From the NCBI GenBank assembly GCA_041394245.1, contig JAWKIR010000004.1, positions 2,797-66,796 of the forward strand: a DNA stretch of 64,000 nucleotides. Direction: 5' to 3'. The position numbers and the translations under genes are program-made. The notes under the pieces are model-generated. The model had not been told where the DNA came from. It saw only the letters and a list, made by a program, of their open reading frames with translations, and searched no databases. Below, one piece after another: positions 34,598 to 44,744 of the stretch. Numbering within the stretch: position 1 is the first letter of the stretch; each line of letters opens with the position of its first letter. This DNA comes from Acidimicrobiales bacterium (GTDB taxonomy: Bacteria > Actinomycetota > Acidimicrobiia > Acidimicrobiales > Aldehydirespiratoraceae).

Positions 34598-35575
34598 ATG
34601 ACTGCGGGGCGGGTACGAGTATCGCTGGGCCGGGTCGCATCCCAGCTTTTGCGGTTGGTGGTCGTGTTGCTGATCGTTTCGATCGGCACGTTCGGGTTGG
34701 TCGAGTTGATCCCGGGCGATCCGGCGCAGAACTTTCTGGGGGAGACGTCGACGCCTGAGGAGTATGTGCGGATCCGGGGTGAGCTCGGGTTGGATCGGCC
34801 GGTGGTCACCCGTTATGTCGATTGGTTGGGTTCGGTGCTGACGGGTGATTTCGGCAAGACGCTTTCCCAGCCGGTGCAGCCGGTGAGTGATGTGATCACG
34901 GCGGCGTTGCCGGTCAGTTTGCAGTTGGCGGCGATGGCGATGGCGATCGCGTTGTTGATCTCGATTCCGGCGGCGATGTTGTCGGCGCAGAGGCCCGGTT
35001 CTCGGCTTGATCGGGTGATCGGGGTGGTCACGTTCAGTGCGGTGTCGATTCCGAGCTTTCTGGCGGCGTTTTTGTTGATTCTTTTCTTCGTGCGGACGTG
35101 GTCGTTCTTTCCTCGTGTCACGTGGGTTCGGCTCAGTGCGGACCCGCTCGACAATCTGCATCATGCGTTCCTTCCGGCGTTGTCGATGGCGATCGTGGAG
35201 ATCGCGGTGTTCACGCGGCTCCTACGGAGCGATCTGATCTCGTCGTTGCAGGAGAGCTATGTCCTCGCGGCGCGGGCGCGCGGCATGGGGAAGTGGGAGA
35301 TCATGTTCAAAGAGGTTCTGCGGCCGTCGTCGTTCTCGCTGGTGACGCTGGCGGGTGTGAGCCTCGGCCGTCTGATCGGCAGCGCAGTGATCGTGGAGAC
35401 GATCTTCGGCCTGCCGGGCCTCGGCCGGGCGATCGTGGGTGGTGCCGGGCAACGTAATTACACCCTGGTGCAGGGTGGGGTCCTGGTTCTGGCGTTCATC
35501 TATGTGCTGGTCAATGCTGCGGTCGATGTCGGCTACACGCGACTCGATCCCCGTCTACGGAGGCGTGCGACATGA
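34598..35575 (+). CDS. ABC transporter permease (DppB/OppB-like)
   Basis: N-terminal LIPGDPA motif and the EAA-loop region typical of the BPD_transp_1 family. Confidence 0.9.
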   Translation: MTAGRVRVSLGRVASQLLRLVVVLLIVSIGTFGLVELIPGDPAQNFLGETSTPEEYVRIRGELGLDRPVVTRYVDWLGSVLTGDFGKTLSQPVQPVSDVITAALPVSLQLAAMAMAIALLISIPAAMLSAQRPGSRLDRVIGVVTFSAVSIPSFLAAFLLILFFVRTWSFFPRVTWVRLSADPLDNLHHAFLPALSMAIVEIAVFTRLLRSDLISSLQESYVLAARARGMGKWEIMFKEVLRPSSFSLVTLAGVSLGRLIGSAVIVETIFGLPGLGRAIVGGAGQRNYTLVQGGVLVLAFIYVLVNAAVDVGYTRLDPRLRRRAT

Positions 35576-36639
35576 CCGACACCATGCCCGAGCCGACACT
35601 GGCCGACAACGCAGCCACCGGTGAGGACGAAGCAACGGCGTCCAGAACCCAGCTGGTCGGCGCCGGGCTCTTCGTGCTCGGTCTGGTGGTCGTGTGGGTC
35701 GGTCTCGATCTGATGTCGGGATTGTCGGCGTGGCCCCGGTCGATCGTGTCGGTGGTCGGGGTGACGGCGTTGTATCAGGGGTTCGATCAGTTTGTCCGGC
35801 TGCGCTACCCGAGTGTGGAGCCGGGCCTGGTCTTGGCGGTTGGCTGGCTCGTTCTCGTCGTGTTGGTGGCCGTTTTCGCTGGTGTTCTGCCGTTGGGTGA
35901 GCATCAGAACGCGTCGGCGACGCTTCGGGTGCCGTCGTATGAACGCCCGGACCTGTTCAGTTCGCACCCGCTCGGGACGAATCAGCAGGGTCTCGACATG
36001 CTGGGCCGTCTTGTGCACGGGGCGCGGGTGTCGCTGGTGGTCGGGATCGGCGCGGTCGCGGTCGGCATGTTCATCGGTGGCATGGTCGGCCTGATCGCCG
36101 GTTTCTACCGGCGCGGTGTCGACACGATCGTCGGCATCATCACCGACGCGTTGTTGGCGTTCCCGCCGCTGGTCATGCTGGTGGCGTTGGCGTCGGTGCT
36201 CGACCGGAACCTGCGCAACACGGTCATCGGTCTCGCAATTCTCGCGGTGCCGACCAACATCAGGCTCGCGCGGGCCAACACGATGCGGTTCACCGAGCTC
36301 GAATTCGTCCAGGCCGCGCGGGGCATGGGGGCCAAGAACCGACGCATCATCCTGCGCGAGCTGCTGCCCAACATCGCGTTGCCGATGCTGTCCTACGCGT
36401 TCATCATCGTCGCAGTGTTGATCGTCGCCGAAGCATCGATCAGCTTTCTCGGTCTCGGTATCCAGCAGCCCAAGCCGACCTGGGGCAACATGATCGCCGA
36501 AGGCGACGGCGGCGTCTTCGAAGACCACCCCCACATCGTTCTCGTGCCCGGCCTCACGATGTTCCTCACCGTGTTCGCGTTCAACCGGGTCGGGGAGTCC
36601 GCCCGCAACAGCCTCGGAGCCAGCGAGCTCAGCCTGTAA
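35572..36639 (+). CDS. ABC transporter permease (DppC/OppC-like)
   Basis: ATGA overlap with the upstream permease. LGTNQQGLDMLGRLVHGARVSL pattern. Confidence 0.9.
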   Translation: MTDTMPEPTLADNAATGEDEATASRTQLVGAGLFVLGLVVVWVGLDLMSGLSAWPRSIVSVVGVTALYQGFDQFVRLRYPSVEPGLVLAVGWLVLVVLVAVFAGVLPLGEHQNASATLRVPSYERPDLFSSHPLGTNQQGLDMLGRLVHGARVSLVVGIGAVAVGMFIGGMVGLIAGFYRRGVDTIVGIITDALLAFPPLVMLVALASVLDRNLRNTVIGLAILAVPTNIRLARANTMRFTELEFVQAARGMGAKNRRIILRELLPNIALPMLSYAFIIVAVLIVAEASISFLGLGIQQPKPTWGNMIAEGDGGVFEDHPHIVLVPGLTMFLTVFAFNRVGESARNSLGASELSL

Positions 36640-37654
36640 CCGAACCCGCTCCGCCGACCGCCACCGGAACCTCGGCCGGGTGATGGCACGCCACGAAACG
36701 GCCCCCGCCGAGCGCCCTGATCTCGGGCTCCTCACGGGCGCACAGATCGCTCGCTCGGTCGCAACGCGTGCGGAAGCGACAACCCGACGGCGGGTCGAGC
36801 GGGGACGGCGGCTCCCCGACGATCGCAGTGTCCGGCAACAGCCGGGTCGGATCGGGTTGCGGGATCGAGTCGAGCAACACCCTCGTGTACGGATGCGCCG
36901 GCGACTCGTAGAGCGCCTCGGAATCGGCGATCTCACAGATTTTGCCCAGATACATCACGATGATCCGGTCACTCACGTTCTTGACCACCGCGAGATCATG
37001 CGAGATGAACAGCATCGTCAGCCCGTAGCGGGCCTTCATGTCCTGCAGCAGATTCAGGATCTGAGCCTGCACCGAGACATCGAGCGCCGACACCGGCTCA
37101 TCACACACCAGCACCGCCGGGTCGAGCATCAACGCCCGGGCGATGTTGATCCGCTGGCACTGACCACCGGAGAACTCGCCCGGCATGCGATCACCCACCA
37201 CATCGGGATCGAGACCCACGTCGAGCAGGATCTTGTCGATCCGCTCCTCGGTGGAACGGGCCGGATCGGCACCCCAGATATCGATCGCCTCGGCAACGAT
37301 GTCGCGCACCTTGCGGCGCGGATTCAGCGCCGCGATCGCGTCCTGGAAGATCATCTGGAGCCGGGTCCGGTGGCGACGCATCTCCTCGCCATGCAACGTC
37401 GTCAGTTCCTGCCCCTCCAGCTTCACCGACCCACTCGTCGCCGGCTGCAACTGCACCACCGCACGACCAGTGGTCGACTTCCCACAACCCGACTCACCAA
37501 CGAGCCCGAGCGTCTCACCGCGAAGAACGTCGAAGCTGACCCCCGACACCGCGTGGACCTTCTGGCCACCGGCGGCCGGATACTCCACGACCAGATCCTC
37601 GACCGAGAGGACGACATCGCCATCGCGAAGATGCGCCGTACCCGTACCCGCCAT
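36629..37654 (-). CDS. ABC transporter ATP-binding protein (DppF/OppF-like)
   Basis: Walker A GESGCGKST, signature FSGGQCQR, Walker B LLVCDEP. C-terminal oligopeptide-type extension with CRFRTRC. Confidence 0.9.
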   Translation of the reverse strand: MAGTGTAHLRDGDVVLSVEDLVVEYPAAGGQKVHAVSGVSFDVLRGETLGLVGESGCGKSTTGRAVVQLQPATSGSVKLEGQELTTLHGEEMRRHRTRLQMIFQDAIAALNPRRKVRDIVAEAIDIWGADPARSTEERIDKILLDVGLDPDVVGDRMPGEFSGGQCQRINIARALMLDPAVLVCDEPVSALDVSVQAQILNLLQDMKARYGLTMLFISHDLAVVKNVSDRIIVMYLGKICEIADSEALYESPAHPYTRVLLDSIPQPDPTRLLPDTAIVGEPPSPLDPPSGCRFRTRCDRASDLCAREEPEIRALGGGRFVACHHPAEVPVAVGGAGSVTG

Positions 37655-38724
37655 CAGACCGGAACCTCCACGTCCACACGCAACCCCGCAGCGGTCACCC
37701 CCGCACGACGATTGATCTCCAACGCCTCTTCACCCGCCTCGGTACCGATCGGGAAGTGACACCGATGCCAATGATCTCCATCGACCGCAACCGGCGCCGG
37801 TTCCGTCTCGAGACACTCAGGCTGCGCAAGACGACACCGCGGCGCATACCGACACCCCGCCGGCGGCGCCGCCAGATCCGGTGGCCGTCCACCAATCGCC
37901 TGCAACCGTTTGCCCGGCGGATCCTCGATCCTCGGGATCGACCTCATCAGATCCACCGTGTACGGGTGCCGGGTCTCCGCGAACAACGCACCAGTCGGCG
38001 CCGACTCCACCACCCGCCCCGCATACATCACCAAAATCCGATCCGTCCGCCCGGCGACGACACCGAGATCATGCGTGATCAAAATCACCGACATGTGATG
38101 ACTCTGCTGCAACGACTCCAGCAGATCGAGAATCTGCTTCTGAACCGTCACATCCAACGCAGTCGTCGGCTCATCCGCAATCAACAACGCCGGATCACAA
38201 CTCAACGCAATCGCAATCATCACCCGCTGACGCATCCCACCCGACAACTCATGGGGATACTGACGAAGCCGCTTGGTCGGCTCAGGAATCCCGACCTGCC
38301 CCAACAACTCCACCGCCCGCGCCGTCGCATCCGCACGACTCCCCCCGAGATGACGTCGGATGTTCTCGACCAACACCCGCCCGATCCGGCGAACCGGATT
38401 CAACGACGTCATCGGATCCTGGAACACCATCGAGATCTGATCACCCCAGTAATGCTTGCGCTCCGACGAAGTGATCGCCGAGAGGTCCACGCCATCGAAC
38501 ACGATCTGCTGCCCGGACCCGGTCACCGCCGAGGACGGCAACAAATCCATCAACGAACGAACCAACACCGACTTCCCCGAACCCGACTCACCCACGATCC
38601 CGATCGTCTCCGCCCGCCGCAACGAGAACGAAACATCATCCACCGCCACCAACGGCCCACGAGGCGTCGAAAACGTCGTCCGCAGCGACCGCACGTCCAA
38701 CAGCACGTCGTTCTCAGCCGCCAT
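37654..38724 (-). CDS. ABC transporter ATP-binding protein (DppD/OppD-like)
   Basis: Walker A GESGSGKS, signature LSGGMRQR, Walker B LLIADEPTTALD. Start at MAAENDVL (ATG 38724). Confidence 0.9.
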   Translation of the reverse strand: MAAENDVLLDVRSLRTTFSTPRGPLVAVDDVSFSLRRAETIGIVGESGSGKSVLVRSLMDLLPSSAVTGSGQQIVFDGVDLSAITSSERKHYWGDQISMVFQDPMTSLNPVRRIGRVLVENIRRHLGGSRADATARAVELLGQVGIPEPTKRLRQYPHELSGGMRQRVMIAIALSCDPALLIADEPTTALDVTVQKQILDLLESLQQSHHMSVILITHDLGVVAGRTDRILVMYAGRVVESAPTGALFAETRHPYTVDLMRSIPRIEDPPGKRLQAIGGRPPDLAAPPAGCRYAPRCRLAQPECLETEPAPVAVDGDHWHRCHFPIGTEAGEEALEINRRAGVTAAGLRVDVEVPV

Positions 38725-38745
38725 CAATCGCCCCCTGTGTAAGTA

Positions 38746-38763
38746 TCGTAAAATATGTATAAT
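38746..38763. promoter_or_regulatory. AT-rich box copy 3 (minus orientation): ATTAT-acat-ATTTT-acga; overlaps a TATAAT hexamer
   Basis: Most degenerate copy. Plus-strand TATAAT at 38758-38763, about 98 nt upstream of GTG 38861. Confidence 0.35.
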
Positions 38764-38860
38764 AGTCGGGTTGGCGTCAGCGCACCCCTTCCGTCGGGAT
38801 TGCGAACGCGGCGCCTTGCTGTCGTATGGTCCGCCGTCCGTCTGACTCGAGGGGGTCATC

Positions 38861-40510
38861 GTGCTGGAACCGCAAATGAGCTGGGATGAGGCGGTCGCGA
38901 TCCTGACGGCGCCTGGTGCCGACTTCGAAACGGTCGAGGAGATGGTGCTGGGCGAGTCGATGCTCGTCTTCAAGAACCGGGCTCGCACGTTGCCCGATCT
39001 CCTTCGCTCTACGGCGGAACGATTCGGCAACGCGGACTGTCACGTGTTCGACGGTGGCCCCCGCGCCACCTTCACCGATGTCGCGGATCGGGCTGCGTCG
39101 GTCGCCCTTGCGCTGTCCCGTGACCACGGCATCGGACCCGGCGACCGCGTCGCGATTCTCGCCGCGAACTGCATGGAGTGGATCGACGCCTTCTGGGCCG
39201 TCGTTTCGTTGGGCGGGATCGTCGTTGCCATGAATGGCTGGTGGACCGCCGAGGAAGTCGACTACGGCATGGCCCTCACCAGCCCGAAGCTGCTCGTGGT
39301 CGATCGGCCCCGTCTCGAACGCATGTCCGAGCCGCCGGATGTGCCGACCATCGTGATCGAGGACGACTTCGCTGATCTGCTTGGCACTGACGCCTCCGCC
39401 GGACTCCCCGAGGTCGAGATCGCCGAGGACGACCCGGCGGCGATCCTGTTCACGTCGGGTACCACCGCGCGGCCGAAGGGTGCCGTCACCTCTCACCGTT
39501 GTTTCGGCGCGTTCGTGTCGATGTCCCACGTCGGTGCGGCCATCAATGCGCTTCGATTCCCACCGACCGATCCTGCGCCGGCTCCAGCCGGGCTCGCGAC
39601 GAGCCCGCTGTTCCACGTGTCGGGGCTGCACACAAGTGCCATCACGGGCATGGCCAGCGGCGTCAAGTCCGTTTGGCCGGCGGGTCGTTTCGACGCCGAC
39701 AACATCATGCGGCTCACCGCCGAGGAGAAGATCTCCCATTGGGGAGGAGTCACAACCCACCTCTGGCGGCTCGTGCAGTCTCCCAACATGGCGAACTACG
39801 ATCTCTCCAGCGTCCGATCGGTCGGCGGTGGGGGGTCGGTGTGGTCGCCCGAGCTGCAGCGCACCATCAGACAGGCACTCCCGAACGCCTCCCACTCGGT
39901 CATGGTCGGGTACGGCCTCACCGAATCCGGTGGGCTCGCCTGCACCGCGCACGACGAGCTGCTTCGCCGTCATCCCGACTCCGTCGGGCGGCCGATTCCC
40001 ACGGTCGAGGTTGCGATCAAGGACCCGTCGGACGTCGACCTGCCGGAAGGGGAGGAGGGTGAGGTGTGCCTGCGGGGGCCGGGGATCATTCCCGGCTACT
40101 GGAACAACCCGGAGGCGACCCGACTCGCCCTGCGCCCGGGCCGGTGGCTTCGCACCGGCGACATCGGCCGGTTGGTCGATGGCGTCCTGTATCTCTCCGC
40201 GCGCAAGGGCGACATGATCATCCGCGGCGGCGAGAACATCTCCCCGGTGGAGATCGAGAACCGCCTGGATGAGCATCCGTTTGTCGTCGAAGCGGCAGTC
40301 ATCGGCGTCGAGCATCGTGAGCTGGGCCAGGAAGTGAAGGCCATCGTCGTGCATGCTCCGGGTGCTCCCGTCACGTCAGAGGAACTGTCGGCCTTCGTCG
40401 GCCAGGCGCTGTCGTACTACAAGGTGCCGAGCATCTGGGAGATCCGCACCGAGCCGTTGCCGCGCAACATCACCGGCAAGGTGCTCAAACGTGAGCTCCT
40501 CGAGGGCTAG
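38861..40510 (+). CDS. AMP-dependent acyl-CoA synthetase/ligase
   Basis: FTSGTTARPKG AMP-binding motif, GYGLTE, and a C-terminal GKVLK. Confidence 0.9.
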   Translation: MLEPQMSWDEAVAILTAPGADFETVEEMVLGESMLVFKNRARTLPDLLRSTAERFGNADCHVFDGGPRATFTDVADRAASVALALSRDHGIGPGDRVAILAANCMEWIDAFWAVVSLGGIVVAMNGWWTAEEVDYGMALTSPKLLVVDRPRLERMSEPPDVPTIVIEDDFADLLGTDASAGLPEVEIAEDDPAAILFTSGTTARPKGAVTSHRCFGAFVSMSHVGAAINALRFPPTDPAPAPAGLATSPLFHVSGLHTSAITGMASGVKSVWPAGRFDADNIMRLTAEEKISHWGGVTTHLWRLVQSPNMANYDLSSVRSVGGGGSVWSPELQRTIRQALPNASHSVMVGYGLTESGGLACTAHDELLRRHPDSVGRPIPTVEVAIKDPSDVDLPEGEEGEVCLRGPGIIPGYWNNPEATRLALRPGRWLRTGDIGRLVDGVLYLSARKGDMIIRGGENISPVEIENRLDEHPFVVEAAVIGVEHRELGQEVKAIVVHAPGAPVTSEELSAFVGQALSYYKVPSIWEIRTEPLPRNITGKVLKRELLEG

Positions 40511-40650
40511 GCATGTCCGGGCATGGCGATGCCGGCGCGCCAAAGGGGTGAGAGCTTCGTAGCGGGGTGAGCATGCCGGTTGCGCGCCGCCGCGCCTATT
40601 GGCGAGGCCCACTGAAAGGAGCGCGACACCGTTGCACCGCCCTGGGATCT

Positions 40651-40668
40651 ATCATTCGTATGATACGA
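40651..40668. promoter_or_regulatory. AT-rich box copy 4: ATCAT-tcgt-ATGAT-acga
   Basis: Best copy. Contains the perfect palindrome TCGTATGATACGA. 29 nt upstream of ATG 40697. Confidence 0.6.
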
Positions 40669-40696
40669 TTAATTCGTTCAGAAAGGACGACCCCCC

Positions 40697-41578
40697 ATGG
40701 CGAATCTCCAGTGGAAGATCGGTGATGTCACCGTGACGAAGATCGTGGCCCTCGAAACCGCGCTGCCGGAGGGCATGCTCGTCCCGGAGGCGACCACTGC
40801 GGCGCTCGAACCGTACCGTTCCTGGTTGGCCCCGAACTTCATGACGAGCGACAGCCAGCTGCGCGTGTCCTTCCATGCGCTCGTCGTCCAGACGCCCACC
40901 TGTCGAATCGTCGTCGACACCTGCGTCGGCGAGCACCGGATCCCGGGGATGGGAGGGCTCTTCGCCGGCGCCAAGAGCCTGCCTGACGCACTCGCCGAGA
41001 ACGACACACCTCGCGAGAGCATCGACTACGTGATGTGCACCCACCTTCATTTCGATCATGTGGGGTGGAACACCATGCAGGTCGACGGTCGCTGGGTACC
41101 CACCTTCGAGAACGCTCGCTACATTTTCGCCCGGGAGGAATGGGAACACTGGAGTTCGGTCGAGGAGAACCATTTCGCGATCAACTTCAATGATGCGGTC
41201 CGTCCCGTAGTCGATGCCGGTCTCACCGAACTCGTCGACACCGACCATCAGCTCTGCGATGAGGTCCGGCTGGTCCCGACTCACGGCCATTCTCCGGGCC
41301 ATGTGTCGGTGCTGATCGAGTCGGGCGGCCAGCAGGCACTGATCACCGGGGATTCGGCCCACCACCCGGTCCAGTTCGCAGAGCCCGATTGGGGCGTGCC
41401 CGCAGACAGCGACACCGTGGCTGCCGCAGCGACCCGCCGCTCCATGCTTGCCGAGTACGGAGACCGCGACGTGCTCGTCATCGGTACCCACTTCGCCGGC
41501 TGTACGGCGGGTCATCTTGTCCAGACCGACGAGGGCTGGCAGTTCCGTCCCCACGATGGGGGAACGGACGCAGCGTGA
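40697..41578 (+). CDS. MBL-fold metallo-hydrolase
   Basis: HLHFDHVGW (HxHxDH) motif plus downstream His and Asp ligands (PTHGHSPGH). Confidence 0.85.
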   Translation: MANLQWKIGDVTVTKIVALETALPEGMLVPEATTAALEPYRSWLAPNFMTSDSQLRVSFHALVVQTPTCRIVVDTCVGEHRIPGMGGLFAGAKSLPDALAENDTPRESIDYVMCTHLHFDHVGWNTMQVDGRWVPTFENARYIFAREEWEHWSSVEENHFAINFNDAVRPVVDAGLTELVDTDHQLCDEVRLVPTHGHSPGHVSVLIESGGQQALITGDSAHHPVQFAEPDWGVPADSDTVAAAATRRSMLAEYGDRDVLVIGTHFAGCTAGHLVQTDEGWQFRPHDGGTDAA

Positions 41579-42663
41579 ACGAAGACATCCGCGCGATGGT
41601 GCAAAGCGCGCCGGAAGTGCTCTCGCTCGAGTCCTTCCGGAGGCCGAAGACGGGTGACAACGACGGCTTGGTGCGCATCGAGGTCTGTGGCATCTGTGGC
41701 ACCGATGTCGAGACGCTCTCCGGTTCAGGGCCCAAGCTGACGTACCCGCTGATTCCGGGCCACGAGCCAGTCGGCATCATCGAAGAGATCGGAGAGCGTG
41801 CGGCGCAGCGTTGGGATCTCGTCCCCGGTGATCGCGTCGTTCTCCAGTCGGACTTCGGGTGTGGGCGATGTCGTCGCTGTATGGACGGCCATTTCTGCGC
41901 CATCGCCCCCGGCAACTACGGCTTCATGCCCACGGCTGTCGAGCCGTCGCTCTGGGGGGGATTCTCCGAAATGCTGTACCTCGCCCCCGGCGCGGTTCCG
42001 CACAAGATCTCGAAGGACCTCGATCCCCGTATCGCTGCTCTCTACAACCCGTTGGGTGCGGGGTTCGCGTGGGCGATCGAAGCCCCCGGACTTCAGTTCG
42101 GTGACACCATCGCGATTCTGGGGCCGGGGCAGCGCGGCCTGGCTTGTGTCATCGCCGCGAAAGCGGCCGGCGCTGATCGCATCTTCGTCACCGGGCTCGG
42201 GTCGAAGGACCAGATGAAGATGTCGTTGGCGGTCGAGTTCGGCGCCGACGTCGTCATCGACGTCGAAGAGGAAGCCGCACTCGAGCGCGTCCTCGAGGAG
42301 ACGGACGGGCGCGGCGTCGATGTCGTGGTCGATACCACCCCGTACGCCACGCAGCCGGTGGTCGACGCCATCCGTATGGCGTGCCTCGGCGGCACGATCG
42401 TCCTCGCCGGCATGAAGGGTGCGGACACGGCCATTCCGGCCTTTCCGTCCGATGAGGTGCTGCTGCGCTATCAGACGATCAAGGGCGTCCGTTCGGTCGA
42501 CTACAAGAGCTTCCAGCGTGCCGTCAAGCTGATCGAGTCGGGCACTGTTCCGGTGGAGAAGCTCCACACGCACCATTTCCCGCTCGAAGCGGCATGGGAG
42601 GCAGTTCACGCGCTGGCGGGAGAATCGGACCGTCCTGCGGTCTCCGTCACCGTCGAGCCATGA
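41575..42663 (+). CDS. zinc-dependent medium-chain alcohol dehydrogenase/reductase
   Basis: GICGTD and GHEPVG catalytic-Zn motifs, CGRCRRC structural-Zn motif, GPGQRG Rossmann motif. GTG 41575 overlaps the upstream stop (GTGA); an ATG a few codons downstream is possible. Confidence 0.85.
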   Translation: MNEDIRAMVQSAPEVLSLESFRRPKTGDNDGLVRIEVCGICGTDVETLSGSGPKLTYPLIPGHEPVGIIEEIGERAAQRWDLVPGDRVVLQSDFGCGRCRRCMDGHFCAIAPGNYGFMPTAVEPSLWGGFSEMLYLAPGAVPHKISKDLDPRIAALYNPLGAGFAWAIEAPGLQFGDTIAILGPGQRGLACVIAAKAAGADRIFVTGLGSKDQMKMSLAVEFGADVVIDVEEEAALERVLEETDGRGVDVVVDTTPYATQPVVDAIRMACLGGTIVLAGMKGADTAIPAFPSDEVLLRYQTIKGVRSVDYKSFQRAVKLIESGTVPVEKLHTHHFPLEAAWEAVHALAGESDRPAVSVTVEP

Positions 42664-42728
42664 CTCAACTCGGCGGCGCAGCGAGACCGCGCCGCGTTCG
42701 TCGACCAACTACAGAAGGATTGCCAACC

Positions 42729-43178
42729 ATGGAGCATGAGCATTTCGCCACTGCGACCTACGTCACCTACTCGCTCGAGCGCACGCTCTCATCGGAACCC
42801 GACGCGGTCTGGGAGGTGGTCAGGGACTTCGGCAATGTCGGCTGGATTCCGGGCGCGACCAAGGCGGTGTCCTATGACGGCGGGCCGGGGGTCGGACTTT
42901 CCCGCATTCTGCACAACCGGGACCAGGGTCCGATTCGGGAGACCCTGATTGCGTTGAGCGAGGCGGATCGCACGATCACCTACACGGTCAGCCGCAACAT
43001 CCCGTTTCCGGTGAACTACTACTGCGCCACCATGCGGGTTGGCGAGGACGGCGGCAAGGCTCATGTCACGTGGTCCTGCGTGTACGAACCCGAGGACGCC
43101 ACTCCCGAGCAGGCAGCCGCGGCGATCGAGGCGCTCTACAACCTCATGCTCGACTGGATTGACGACTTCGCCGCCTGA
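42729..43178 (+). CDS. SRPBCC-superfamily (START/Bet v1-like) protein
   Basis: 149 aa. PDAVWEVVRDFGNVGWIPG..., typical of polyketide-cyclase/dehydrase-like ligand-binding folds. Confidence 0.7.
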   Translation: MEHEHFATATYVTYSLERTLSSEPDAVWEVVRDFGNVGWIPGATKAVSYDGGPGVGLSRILHNRDQGPIRETLIALSEADRTITYTVSRNIPFPVNYYCATMRVGEDGGKAHVTWSCVYEPEDATPEQAAAAIEALYNLMLDWIDDFAA

Positions 43179-43184
43179 TCGCGG

Positions 43185-44744
43185 TCAACCCGCGTCGGGA
43201 CGGTGCCCATGGTCGCCGAAGAGTTCGGTGACGCGGGCGCGGAGTTCGGCCTTCGCGATCTTTCCACCCGAGGAGATCGGCAGCGCATTGAGTACGGCGA
43301 TGTGTTCCGGCCACCATTCCTTCGAGACACCCCGCCGGTCCAGGTGCTCGGTGATGTCGCCGAGTTCGAGTGAGTGGCCGTGGCGTGGCTGGATGCAGAT
43401 GCCGACCCGTTCGCCGAGTGCGGTGTCGGGGACTGCGATTGCTGCGGCGAAGGCGACGTCGGGGTGGGTGAGTACCTCTTCCTCGACTGCGGGGGCGCTG
43501 ATGTTCTTGCCGCCGCGGACGATGAAGTCGGCGGATCGGCCGATGACTGTGAGCCATCCGTCGTCGTCGATCTCGACGATGTCGCCCATGAGCATCCAGC
43601 CGTCGTCGGTGAACAGCTCGTCGTTGGCGCTGTCGTCGTCGAAGTAGCCCGGGCTGGTCGCCCGGCCGCGGCAGGCGGGTCGGCCGATTCCCTGGTCGCC
43701 GGGGATGCGATGGCGCTGCTCGTCGTAGAGGCGGACCTGCATTCCGGGAATGCATCGACCCCCGGTTCGGATGCGCTTCTCGAGCGGATCGCTGACACGC
43801 GTTCCGGAGAGAAGGCCCGTCTCGTTCGAGCCGTAGAAGTTGAGGACGGCGCACCCGGTGGCTTCTTCGAAGGCGCGCGCTTTGGCGATCGGGAGCCGCT
43901 CGCCACCGGTGAACAGCACCCGCAGCGAGGACAGGTCGAGACCTTCCGCCTGATCGAGAATCATCGCGAACTGAGAGCTGACGGCGCACAACACGGTGAC
44001 CCGGTGGCGTTCGATCAGCTCGGCGGCGGCGCGGGAATCGAACTTCCGCTGCACGACGCAGGGCACGCCAAGGATCGTGGGGCTGTAGTGGCTGGTCCAG
44101 AGTCCGAAGCCGAACGGGGCCGGCACGACACTCATCCACACCTCGTCGCGTTGAAGCTCGCCGAATTCCGCGGCCAGCTCATGGAAGTAGAACCATCGGT
44201 CCTGCGTTTGCATGACGCACTTCGGGAGGCCGGTCGTCCCGGATGTCGAGTTGAGCATGCAGAGCTCCGAGGGCCCCACCGGTTGGAGGGGTTTGGCGGT
44301 GGGACCCTCGTCGAGCCCGGGGGATCCGTCACCGTCGTGAACGGTGATGAGATTCGCAATTCCGAGCCGCCCGCACAGCGATCGAGCGGCGCCGAGCCTG
44401 GTGCTTTCCGGCATGATCGCGATCGTCGGGGACGTCTTGGCGACCAGGCTGGCCAGTTCGCGCTCTCCCGCGCGCCATCCCACTCCCACGGAGACCACGC
44501 CGGCGCGTTCGCAACCGAGCAGGGCCGCGTGGACGGCGCCGCCGTCGGGAAGGAGGACCACGGCCCGTTGGCCGTACCGCACCCGCATACCGGCGAGGCG
44601 CTCGGCAATCGCGTCGCCCAAGGCGTCGTACCCGGACCAGGTGAGGGCGGTGTCGCCCCAGCGGTAGGCATCGTCCGTAGGCCGTCCGGCGGCGAGCGAC
44701 CGGACCTTGTGGTCGAGTGTCGAGGGCACCATTGAATCAGACAT
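43185..44744 (-). CDS. AMP-dependent acyl-CoA synthetase/ligase
   Basis: NSTSGTTGLPK AMP-binding motif, YGSNETG, and a C-terminal GGKIAK. Confidence 0.9.
   Translation of the reverse strand: MSDSMVPSTLDHKVRSLAAGRPTDDAYRWGDTALTWSGYDALGDAIAERLAGMRVRYGQRAVVLLPDGGAVHAALLGCERAGVVSVGVGWRAGERELASLVAKTSPTIAIMPESTRLGAARSLCGRLGIANLITVHDGDGSPGLDEGPTAKPLQPVGPSELCMLNSTSGTTGLPKCVMQTQDRWFYFHELAAEFGELQRDEVWMSVVPAPFGFGLWTSHYSPTILGVPCVVQRKFDSRAAAELIERHRVTVLCAVSSQFAMILDQAEGLDLSSLRVLFTGGERLPIAKARAFEEATGCAVLNFYGSNETGLLSGTRVSDPLEKRIRTGGRCIPGMQVRLYDEQRHRIPGDQGIGRPACRGRATSPGYFDDDSANDELFTDDGWMLMGDIVEIDDDGWLTVIGRSADFIVRGGKNISAPAVEEEVLTHPDVAFAAAIAVPDTALGERVGICIQPRHGHSLELGDITEHLDRRGVSKEWWPEHIAVLNALPISSGGKIAKAELRARVTELFGDHGHRPDAG

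Noticed and set aside
32825-35164. 779-aa minus-strand ORF
   Set aside because: It is antisense to the SBP and permease genes and has a His/Arg/Asp-rich, non-protein-like composition.
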